A stretch of DNA of 64,000 nt, from contig JBBIRK010000001.1 in NCBI GenBank assembly GCA_037441845.1, positions 529,284-593,283 of the forward strand. Reading direction: 5' to 3'. The position numbers and the translations under genes were made by a program. The DNA comes from Candidatus Zixiibacteriota bacterium. GTDB taxonomy: Bacteria; Zixibacteria; MSB-5A5; UBA10806; 4484-95. The notes under the pieces were generated by a model. It was not told where the DNA came from. It did not search any database and worked only from the letters and a program-made list of their open reading frames with translations. Numbering within the stretch: the first letter of the stretch is position 1; each line of letters begins with the position of its first letter. Shown piece by piece: positions 48,456 to 56,806 of this stretch.

Positions 48456-48794
48456 CTATTGACCGGCATAGTCACTGGCAAGCGAATCGGCAAACCAAGC
48501 AAAAGTCGAATCTTGGACGATCTTGGCGAGATAGCGAAATTGCTTTATGGGCAAATTATGATATCCGGGGATTTGCATCCCGAACATGAGATCATAATAA
48601 TTTATTCCCCCAGGCCGTCGCCGGAGAACTTTGTATTTTTCTAAAGTCGTTGCGGCTCCCCGAATAAGTATCGAGCACCTTTCATCGTGACTGACCTGAT
48701 AATAATCATAAAGACCGAATAAGGCGGTCATGAAGCCATTCAATACATGATTGGGCGGATTGAACGGGTAGTCCCCGGATCTGTAAAGTTTACC
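48456..48794 (-). pseudogene. C-terminal fragment of a D-glucuronyl C5-epimerase-family gene
   Basis: The frame reads DYPFNPPNHVLNGFMTALFGLYDYY...YYDL...YH. A TAA at 48795-48797 bounds it, with no ATG/RBS and no N-terminal half. Confidence 0.65.
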
Positions 48795-48872
48795 TTATCG
48801 GGCCAATGATATACACGAAAAACGCCCGCAAGAAATGGGAAAATCAAATTATTTATAATTTCGTTGAATTAA

Positions 48873-49841
48873 CTATCGACTGTCGAGCACAAAATGAAAA
48901 ATCAGCGGAGCCACGATCGAGGCATCGGATTCAATAATAAATCGAGGCGTGGTGCTGTCCAGCTTGCCCCAAGTGATTTTCTCGTTGGGAACCGCTCCGC
49001 TGTAAGAACCATAGGAGGTTGTGCTGTCGGATATTTGGCAGAAATACCCCCAGAACCGGCACTCTCGGCGTAAATCCTGACTTATGAGCGGAACCACGCA
49101 TATCGGGAAATCGCCGGCGATCCCGCCGCCTATTTGGAAAAAGCCGACCGGGGTTTCCTGGGCGTTCTCGATATACCAATCAACTAACAGCCCCATTTGG
49201 TCGAGGCCGCTCTTGACGATATTGAAATCGCCGATATTTTTCTTGATGACATTCGAAACGAAAATATTCCCCATGGTGGAATCTTCCCAGCCCGGGGTCC
49301 AGATCGGCATATTCTTTTCGCAGGCGGCCAAAACCCAGCAGTGCTCCGCGGGAATCTCGTAGTATTGTTTCAACACGCCGCTTCGCAATAGCTGATAGAA
49401 ATATTCGTAGGGGAAATATCGTTTGCCTTCCTTATCCGCCTTTTGCCACAACGAAAGCATGTGGTGTTCGATCCTGCGCAAGGCTTCCTCTTCGGGGATA
49501 CAGGTATCGGTAACCCGATTGAGGCCCTGGTTGTATAGCTCTTTTTCCTCGGCGTCGGAAAGGTTGCGATAATTGGGCAGCCTTCGGTAATGGTTATGAG
49601 CCACCAGATTGAAAATGTCCTCCTCGAGATTGGCGCCGGTGGTGCAAATAGCATGGATTTTGTCGCGCCGAATCATCTCCGCAAGCGATATGCCCAGTTC
49701 TCCAGTCGACATCGCCCCGGCCATAGCCAAAAACATTTTACCGCCGCCTTCCAGAAGTTTCACCCAGGCCTGGGCGGCTTCCACCACGACGGCTGCGTTG
49801 AAATGCTTGAAATTGCTCTCCATGAATTCGCGTATTTTCAT
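48873..49841 (-). CDS. Deoxyhypusine synthase family protein (bacterial, homospermidine-synthase-like)
   Basis: MAGAMSTGE, TTGANLEED, NRVTD, IGGGIAGDF, GSYSGAVPNEKITWGK with the catalytic Lys retained. Confidence 0.9.
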   Translation of the reverse strand: MKIREFMESNFKHFNAAVVVEAAQAWVKLLEGGGKMFLAMAGAMSTGELGISLAEMIRRDKIHAICTTGANLEEDIFNLVAHNHYRRLPNYRNLSDAEEKELYNQGLNRVTDTCIPEEEALRRIEHHMLSLWQKADKEGKRYFPYEYFYQLLRSGVLKQYYEIPAEHCWVLAACEKNMPIWTPGWEDSTMGNIFVSNVIKKNIGDFNIVKSGLDQMGLLVDWYIENAQETPVGFFQIGGGIAGDFPICVVPLISQDLRRECRFWGYFCQISDSTTSYGSYSGAVPNEKITWGKLDSTTPRFIIESDASIVAPLIFHFVLDSR

Positions 49842-50112
49842 ATATTACCTCCCTCGTCCGTCCTGCGGCGATATCGGCCGCGATGCCTTTGCCCGGCAAG
49901 AATCCATAAGACAAAATTAAACCTCACCGTGCTATCGACGAGCCGGGATCAGCTCCGTCCATAATAAACATTCCGCTGAATTTTGGCAAGCCGTTAAATC
50001 CGGTTTGAGGTTATCGACACGAGCAGATTCCGATCTGGGGAACAAAATCGAGAGTGGTTTTGTTTAAAAGTTCAGAGGTCATTGAAAAAAGAACTTTGCC
50101 TGGAGTCCGATC

Positions 50113-50913
50113 ATGAGAAATTCTATTTTATTACCGACAATCGCTGTTTTATCGGTTTCGCTGGCGGCGGCAGCGGCGGCAAGACCCAGCTACATCGGCT
50201 ATTCAGGAGCCCCCGGATCGCGGGGCACCTGCAGCATATCCTGCCATCATGTTAGAGATTTCGCTCCCTCTATAAGCGTAAGCGGCTTCCCGGAAAACTA
50301 TGTCCCGGAGCAGCAATACGTGATAACCGTCTCCCGCACAACGGGCTCGGCGATAACTCAATTTAACGCCTCGGTAAGGGTAGGCGATGGCTCGATCAAT
50401 GCCGGCACCATAAGCCCCGGCACCGGGACCGCAACCTACAACCATGCCAACGAAACCAACGGAGTCCATTGGTCGAGTCCCAACCGCACCAGCGGCACAT
50501 TCTTATGGACCGCCCCGGCCGCGGGAACCGGTCCGGTCAGGCTTTATCTGGCGGGTCTGCAAGGCTCGCTGTCAAGCGGGGCCGATACGTTGATCACGCT
50601 GGTCGCCAATGAATCGGCCACGGATATCCGCGAAACCGCCGAGATTCCCCATGTATTCGCCGTTCCTGTAAATTATCCCAATCCCTTTAATTCGAGAACA
50701 TCGATCGCATTCCAACTCGAAAAAGACGCCGATATCAAGCTCGAGATCTTCGACATAACCGGCCGTAAAATCGATGTGCTGTATGACGGAACGGCGGCCG
50801 CCGGAAAACATACGTTCGTCTGGAACGCCGCCGATCGACCGTCGGGGATTTATTTTTACCGGCTCTGCGGGGATATCGCTCCCTCGATGGGCAAAATGAT
50901 TTTGTTGAGATAA
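50113..50913 (+). CDS. Secreted Reeler / choice-of-anchor V-like protein with T9SS-type C-terminal sorting domain
   Basis: GYSGAPG..GTCSISCHH, G.P..YVP.QQY.ITV, F.WTAP.AGTG.V, NYPNPFN...SGIYFY...KMILLR. Confidence 0.78.
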   Translation: MRNSILLPTIAVLSVSLAAAAAARPSYIGYSGAPGSRGTCSISCHHVRDFAPSISVSGFPENYVPEQQYVITVSRTTGSAITQFNASVRVGDGSINAGTISPGTGTATYNHANETNGVHWSSPNRTSGTFLWTAPAAGTGPVRLYLAGLQGSLSSGADTLITLVANESATDIRETAEIPHVFAVPVNYPNPFNSRTSIAFQLEKDADIKLEIFDITGRKIDVLYDGTAAAGKHTFVWNAADRPSGIYFYRLCGDIAPSMGKMILLR

Positions 50914-51123
50914 CAACCGAATAGCTCGCGATACCCCCTGACGAATGATTTCCGACTTCGCCGGAATCGCCGGTTGTTTTATCGTGGATAAACGTGTCTT
51001 GGCGTCGGCCGTTCGGGCGGCCTGATCAAATTCTGAACAACGCTCGAGGCTAATCAATTCCTATCACAAATTCGCTTGCTTATTGGTGAATATCCCTTAA
51101 TTTACTCTCGGTGGAAAAATAAT

Positions 51124-53256
51124 ATGACTGGTTGGGGCAAGGGATATATCTGTCGTTTAGGGGCTGTATTGGCGCTGTCTTTCGGATTTTTCGGGAGCTT
51201 TGTTTCCGTGTATGCTATCGATGACAACACCCATTACACCACGGTCGGCAACATTTCGTTGACCGTCACCAATTACGGCATTTTCGGGACGGGGTTTTCC
51301 ACCGAAAACCAGCCGTCCTGTGAATATCCCTATGGATCCAATGTCGAGCATATGTGGTATGGCGGCTTGTGGTTCGGAGGCGAGCAGAACGGCGTGCGGA
51401 AAGTTTCGACCGGCGCCATCGATCGCTACCCTGGCAGCGGCGTTCTGGAAGGTTATGAATTCACCAACAGGGACGAACCCAACGACATCAAGAGGATAGT
51501 CGAAAAGTCGTCGCTGATTAATTCCCGTTACTATGATCCGACCGCCATTAGTCATCAGGACTTCATCTGCGACTATACCGACTCCAACCGTTCGGTGCCG
51601 CAGACGGGGGACACGATAATTCTCCACGAACCTTTCAAAATAATCGTTCATCAAGAGACCTACGCCTGGAGCATGCCTTTCGCCGACGCTTTCGTTATTT
51701 TGCGTTTCGACATAACCAATGCGAGCGGGAGCGTCGCTGATTCGATTTACAATATCTGGGCGGGATTCTGGTATGAGCCGACTATCGGGAACACCGACCT
51801 CACTCCGTTCAGCGGTCCGAACGCCCGCTGGAATTGGTACGATGACGCCTGCAATTTTCTGGACACCCTGGCCATGGGATACAAATTCGACTACGATGGA
51901 GACAACGGATTCGCCGAGAGTTATTCCGGGCTGCGTTTTCTCGGAAGCGATCCTGCTTTTTTCAGAGACGACCACGGCCAGCAACATCTTTACACCGATT
52001 CCGGAATAGTCAAATACAATATCTGGAAATGGAACAACCGTCAGGGACAGGAATTCACCGCTCCGGCCAATGATTTCGAGAGATACAACCGACTCTCCAG
52101 CGGCTTGAACGATTTCCCCACATGGAGACAGACTCCGGGGGTTTTGGCGCCGAACAATTGGGTGATGTTGATATCGACCGGACCTTTTCCGACGCTGCAT
52201 AAAGATTCCACCATGCAGGTGGTTTTCGCTATAGTTTGCGGGCGCAAATACGGCACCGACCCGGTCAATCAAGATACCTGGGCGGCCAAGACAAACCTCG
52301 TCAAGAGCGCTCATTGGGCCAAGATCGCCTATGACGGCGAGGATAAAAACGGCAATGGCATCCTTGATCCCGGAGAAGATCTGCCTGGACCGAACGGCGA
52401 GCCGCCGAACGGAGTGATCGACCGCTATCGCCTGCCGGTTCCGCCGCCGTCGCCGGTCATGAAACTGGCGGCCTCAAGCAACGAAGTGGATATTTATTGG
52501 AATAATTTCCCGGAGAGTGTGATCGACCCAGTGCTCGGGAGAGTGGATTTCGAGGGTTATCGAATTTACCGAGCGAGAATCACTCAGGACAACCAAGGAC
52601 AAGGCCTTCGGGATTTGCTCGAACTGATCGGCGAGTTCGATATAATCGACTCGATCGGATATAACACCGGCATGGGATATATCGCATTGCCGGAACCGGT
52701 GGTTATCGACGGCGACACCATGTATTATAAATTCGTCTGCGACAATTTGCTCGACGGCTGGCAGTATGCATTCGCGGTCACCGCTTTCGATACCGGCGAT
52801 CCGGTCAACAATCTCGAAAGCCTCGAATCGAGTCCACTGCTGAACGCGACCCGGGTGATCCCGGGATCAACCCCCTCTGCGAAAGCCAAAGTGGGCGTTT
52901 TCCCGAATCCTTACCGTGCATGGGCGCTGTGGGACGGCCGCGGCGCGGACGGCCCGAAAGAACGACTGCGCAAGTTGCATTTCTTCAATCTTCCGGAAAA
53001 ATGCACGATCACGATCTACACGCTTGCCGGAGAGATTGTCGATAGAATCGACCACGACGCCGCTAATTACGGCGGCGAAGATATCGCCTGGTATCAAAAT
53101 TATGCCGGGGAAGACGTAGTGTTTTCCGGCGGATTTCACAGCTGGGATATAGTTTCCGAATCCGATCAGGCATTGGCCAGCGGCATGTATTTGTACAGCG
53201 TAAAAGACGAGGTCTCGGGAGATATTCAACGCGGAAAATTTATAATTATCAAATGA
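51124..53256 (+). CDS. Secreted hypothetical protein with Ca-binding loop, FN3-like domain and atypical sorting-like C-terminal domain
   Basis: Signal peptide, VGNISLTVTNYG...SCEYP.GS, DKNGNGILDPGED, FEGYRIYR...YAFAVTAFD, VFPNPY...FFNLP.KCTITIYTLAGE...ASGMY...GKFIIIK. Confidence 0.75.
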   Translation: MTGWGKGYICRLGAVLALSFGFFGSFVSVYAIDDNTHYTTVGNISLTVTNYGIFGTGFSTENQPSCEYPYGSNVEHMWYGGLWFGGEQNGVRKVSTGAIDRYPGSGVLEGYEFTNRDEPNDIKRIVEKSSLINSRYYDPTAISHQDFICDYTDSNRSVPQTGDTIILHEPFKIIVHQETYAWSMPFADAFVILRFDITNASGSVADSIYNIWAGFWYEPTIGNTDLTPFSGPNARWNWYDDACNFLDTLAMGYKFDYDGDNGFAESYSGLRFLGSDPAFFRDDHGQQHLYTDSGIVKYNIWKWNNRQGQEFTAPANDFERYNRLSSGLNDFPTWRQTPGVLAPNNWVMLISTGPFPTLHKDSTMQVVFAIVCGRKYGTDPVNQDTWAAKTNLVKSAHWAKIAYDGEDKNGNGILDPGEDLPGPNGEPPNGVIDRYRLPVPPPSPVMKLAASSNEVDIYWNNFPESVIDPVLGRVDFEGYRIYRARITQDNQGQGLRDLLELIGEFDIIDSIGYNTGMGYIALPEPVVIDGDTMYYKFVCDNLLDGWQYAFAVTAFDTGDPVNNLESLESSPLLNATRVIPGSTPSAKAKVGVFPNPYRAWALWDGRGADGPKERLRKLHFFNLPEKCTITIYTLAGEIVDRIDHDAANYGGEDIAWYQNYAGEDVVFSGGFHSWDIVSESDQALASGMYLYSVKDEVSGDIQRGKFIIIK

Positions 53257-53269
53257 AAGGATTTTTAAC

Positions 53270-55267
53270 ATGAAAAGGGTTATGGCTTTCGCATTGCTGG
53301 GGGCCGTGGCGATGGCGGCAGTAGGCCTTGCCCAATACCCTCTGATGTCGATTCGACAGATCCAAGAGGTCCCTGTCGGACGCGACAGTTCATTCTACGC
53401 CGGCGATACCGTGCGCGTCAGCGGTGTAGTGGTGGCGGGCACCGGCTTGTATTATGCCGGGGCCGGCGTAACTTTTTATATGCAGAACACCGGCGGTGGT
53501 CCATGGTCGGGGATAATGGCCTATAACCCCTCGGCAACCGGATTCCCCACACTGATTCCGGGCGATTCGATTTCATGCACGGCGAGAATCAGCGAATACG
53601 GCTGGAACGGGCCGCCTTTCTGCACCATGACCGAATTGGATATTCTGCCCGGCACTTTCCAGTTTCATTCGTTCGGCAATCCCGAACCGCCGGCTTTGGT
53701 GACTACCGCAGCCATGCTCGATTCCACCAACAATTCCGACTCATTAGGCGAGCAATTCGAGGGCGTTTATTGCCGCGTGAACGAAGTCACCGTAGATTCG
53801 GTGATCGTTTACTCGAACACCAGCACCTGGATTTGCCACGACACCACCGGTCATCAATTCATGGTGCGCGAGGCTTCCGACTCGATCAGCTTCCTGCCGA
53901 CTGTCGGCATGACGTTCGCCTACGTTCAGGGGGTCATCTACCATCGTTTCGGCAATTACAACCTTCAGCCGCGATATATGCGCGACATGCAATTGCCGAC
54001 CGGAGCCCCGATTATCAGCAACGTCTATCATTCACCGGCCAATCCGATAAATGCCGGCCCCACCGACGCCGACAGCGTGGCGATCTACGCCAATATCGTG
54101 GATAATGACTCGGTCACCAACGCCTGGCTGCGCTATCGATTCAATCTCGGGAGCTGGCAAACCGTGGTGATGAATCGGGGATCCAACAATTACTGGTCTT
54201 TCCGTTTCCCGCCGCTGCCGGCCAATTATAGAGTCGATTACTACATCAAGGCTCAAGATATAAGCGGTGATACCAGCCGCTCACCCGATCAGGCGCCCAT
54301 CAGCTTCTACCAATTCCGGGTCCAACAGCCGCGCGAGATGACGATCGCTCAGTCAAAGATCGATTCCGACAACAATTTCGAGCCCGACATGATGGATTCG
54401 GCGGTAACCCTGACAGGTATCGCCACCAGCTACAATTTCTCCACCACCCGCACCGATTTCTACATGCAAGACGCCACCGCGGGGATCAGCGTGGTGTTTT
54501 TCGGAACGCCCATGGTTAATATCTCAATCGGTGATTCGGTGAGGGCGACCGGCACGATTGATCAATACTACGGCAAGACCCAGCTCGTGGCCAACCGGGC
54601 CAGCCGTATCCAGATACTGGCCAATAATCGTCCCTTCGACACTTTATGGGTAACCTGTTCTCAGCTCGGGGAAAACGTGGGAGAGGCGAATGAGGGGCGT
54701 TTGGCGATGGTCGATCCCGCCAACATAGTGGACGATCCCGATCCCTGGCCCTTGCTCGGGGTATCGGCGACCATGACTATCACCGATGTCACCGGCAGCG
54801 CCGCCTTGAGAATCGACCGCAGCACTAATATTCCCGGGCAGAACCGACCGGTCGGACCCCAGAAAATAGTCGGCGTCATCGGCCAATACGATCTTGATCG
54901 ACCTTACAGCGGCGGCTATCAGTTGATGCCCCGGATGTATGCCGATTTCACCAACTCGACCGACATCGATGATCATGCGTTACTGCCGGATGCCACCACG
55001 CTGCACCAGAATTATCCTAACCCGTTCAACCCATCGACGACCATAAGCTATCATTTGGCCCGGCCGAGCGATGTTTCGATTAAAATCTACGATATTATGG
55101 GGCGGGTCGTATTCGATTTCCATAGAGACGACGCTCCCGCAGGCGCACACACGTTCGTCTGGGATGGCAACGATAATGATGGCCGGCCGCTGGCCAGCGG
55201 TATATATTTCTACAAGATGAGTGCGCAAGGGTTCGTGGAAACCAAGAGGATGGTGCTTTTGAAATAG
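53270..55267 (+). CDS. Secreted OB-fold-repeat protein with T9SS-type C-terminal sorting domain
   Basis: Two modules (SIRQIQ...GDTV.VSGVV..FYMQ...GD.I...ISEY; TIAQ...V.LTGIAT...FYMQDATAGI...GDSV..TGTI.QYYG.TQL...YQLMPR), then QNYPNPFNP...ASGIYFY...MVLLK. Confidence 0.8.
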   Translation: MKRVMAFALLGAVAMAAVGLAQYPLMSIRQIQEVPVGRDSSFYAGDTVRVSGVVVAGTGLYYAGAGVTFYMQNTGGGPWSGIMAYNPSATGFPTLIPGDSISCTARISEYGWNGPPFCTMTELDILPGTFQFHSFGNPEPPALVTTAAMLDSTNNSDSLGEQFEGVYCRVNEVTVDSVIVYSNTSTWICHDTTGHQFMVREASDSISFLPTVGMTFAYVQGVIYHRFGNYNLQPRYMRDMQLPTGAPIISNVYHSPANPINAGPTDADSVAIYANIVDNDSVTNAWLRYRFNLGSWQTVVMNRGSNNYWSFRFPPLPANYRVDYYIKAQDISGDTSRSPDQAPISFYQFRVQQPREMTIAQSKIDSDNNFEPDMMDSAVTLTGIATSYNFSTTRTDFYMQDATAGISVVFFGTPMVNISIGDSVRATGTIDQYYGKTQLVANRASRIQILANNRPFDTLWVTCSQLGENVGEANEGRLAMVDPANIVDDPDPWPLLGVSATMTITDVTGSAALRIDRSTNIPGQNRPVGPQKIVGVIGQYDLDRPYSGGYQLMPRMYADFTNSTDIDDHALLPDATTLHQNYPNPFNPSTTISYHLARPSDVSIKIYDIMGRVVFDFHRDDAPAGAHTFVWDGNDNDGRPLASGIYFYKMSAQGFVETKRMVLLK

Positions 55268-55360
55268 CCGCCGAGGAATTTTCCCGCTCCGACTGATCGG
55301 GCGGAGCATCCATAGCCGGGATAGTTCGTTCACGAAATTCTTCGGGGTGGCGGCTGCCTA

Positions 55361-56806
55361 ATGCGGCAAGCGAGGGAATTATTGCGTAGGTTATGCAGTC
55401 TGTTGCTGCCGATTGCGCTGTTTATCGGCTGCAGCGAAAATAAACCATCACAACCATATCCCAACCGACCTCCGGAAACCAAGCTGTTTTTGGCCCTGGG
55501 CGATTCGCTCGGCGTTCCCGATACCACCGCCATGCCCGATACGACCACCTCGACGAAAGTGCTTTACTGGTATGGCGATGACCCCGACGGTGAAGTTATC
55601 GGCTACCAATGGGCTTGGCAGGATACGCATTCGCCGGGAGCTTGGACGTTCACTCCTTTTACGATGGACACTTTTTATGTGCCGATACGCCGGCAATTCG
55701 ATTATTTCACTTTTTATGTCCGCGCCATGGACAACGATTCCGCCCTGGACCCCACGCCGGCGAAGATGACCTTTCCAATCGTCAACTCGCCGCCTTGGGT
55801 TCGTTTTCCCGCCGCCTTCTCCAACGTCTATGATACCGCCTATTTCGCGTCGTTCGGCTATTTCACTTTCATTTGGTCCGGGGGCGACCCTGACGGCGAC
55901 GAAACAGTGGCCGGTTATCAATGGTATCTGGGTGATTCCTCAATGCGCCCCTCGGATCTCGACACGGTCACCTGGAACCATCTCGACTCCTTGACGACCA
56001 GCCTCACGTTTACCGACCTTCAACCGGGTTTTTACAGATTTTTCATCAGAAATTACGACATCGCCGGCGCCGTCAGCCCTATAGAATTTTATCCGGACAC
56101 TTTGCGGGGAGCCTGGGAGGTAAAAGAAAAAGTCGGGAATATACTTTATGTCGATGACAACATTTATTTCTTCAGCAGCGAGTCCATTTTCATAGATATT
56201 CTCGATTCGCTTTATCCGGCGAACTATTCCACCCTCAATTTCGAAAAGAGAACTTTCTTCTACCTGCCCGATATAGATTCGACCTTGAGTTTGTTCGACA
56301 TCGTCATCTGGAACGCCGGATCGGACCGCCACTTGACCCAGGCGGCCGGCGGCATAACGGCCATGGTGCAAAACGGCGGTCATCTGATGATCAACCTGAC
56401 TTATTCGACCAGAGATACGGTCATTCATCCTTTTCTGCCGATGAGCGCCGTCACCCGAACCAATATCGACCGTCCGATGTTTTTCACCATTCCGGCCGGA
56501 TACGACACGATCCGGGGTTGGCCCGACACGTCGATTCAGGTATATCCCGATACGCTTTACGCCACGGTGCCGCTTTCGTTTACGTTCGGATTTGCGCCCG
56601 CCAAACCGCAGGGCGTCTCCGGCAACGGCTATGAAGTGTTATATGTCACCGCCGGTGAAACCACGGCTGTCCGTTTTCCCGCCTACGATACAGCCGATCC
56701 CCAGCCCGCGAAAGTGGTGATGTTCTCGTTCGCCGTTTTCGATTGCAACGGCCACGGTAATTTTCGCAATATGTTCGCCAATATCTTGCAGAGCGAGTTT
56801 CGTTGA
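55361..56806 (+). CDS. Lipoprotein with Ig/FN3-like repeats
   Basis: Lipobox FIGC, NRPPET, two W.G.DPDG.V.GYQW repeats, C-terminal alpha/beta domain (ILYVDD). Confidence 0.78.
   Translation: MRQARELLRRLCSLLLPIALFIGCSENKPSQPYPNRPPETKLFLALGDSLGVPDTTAMPDTTTSTKVLYWYGDDPDGEVIGYQWAWQDTHSPGAWTFTPFTMDTFYVPIRRQFDYFTFYVRAMDNDSALDPTPAKMTFPIVNSPPWVRFPAAFSNVYDTAYFASFGYFTFIWSGGDPDGDETVAGYQWYLGDSSMRPSDLDTVTWNHLDSLTTSLTFTDLQPGFYRFFIRNYDIAGAVSPIEFYPDTLRGAWEVKEKVGNILYVDDNIYFFSSESIFIDILDSLYPANYSTLNFEKRTFFYLPDIDSTLSLFDIVIWNAGSDRHLTQAAGGITAMVQNGGHLMINLTYSTRDTVIHPFLPMSAVTRTNIDRPMFFTIPAGYDTIRGWPDTSIQVYPDTLYATVPLSFTFGFAPAKPQGVSGNGYEVLYVTAGETTAVRFPAYDTADPQPAKVVMFSFAVFDCNGHGNFRNMFANILQSEFR

Noticed and set aside
48873..49841. 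Deoxyhypusine synthase as evidence of eukaryote-like hypusination
   Set aside because: Bacterial DHS-family genes are widespread and generally linked to polyamine synthesis. No eIF5A/efp or DOHH gene is adjacent.
51157..52314. Long antisense or alternate-frame ORFs (e.g. 51157-52314, 34949-36124, 4981-5928, 27681-28589, 17097-18017, 30843-31700)
   Set aside because: They shadow well-supported genes on the opposite strand, lack recognisable motifs, and are expected in GC-rich coding DNA.
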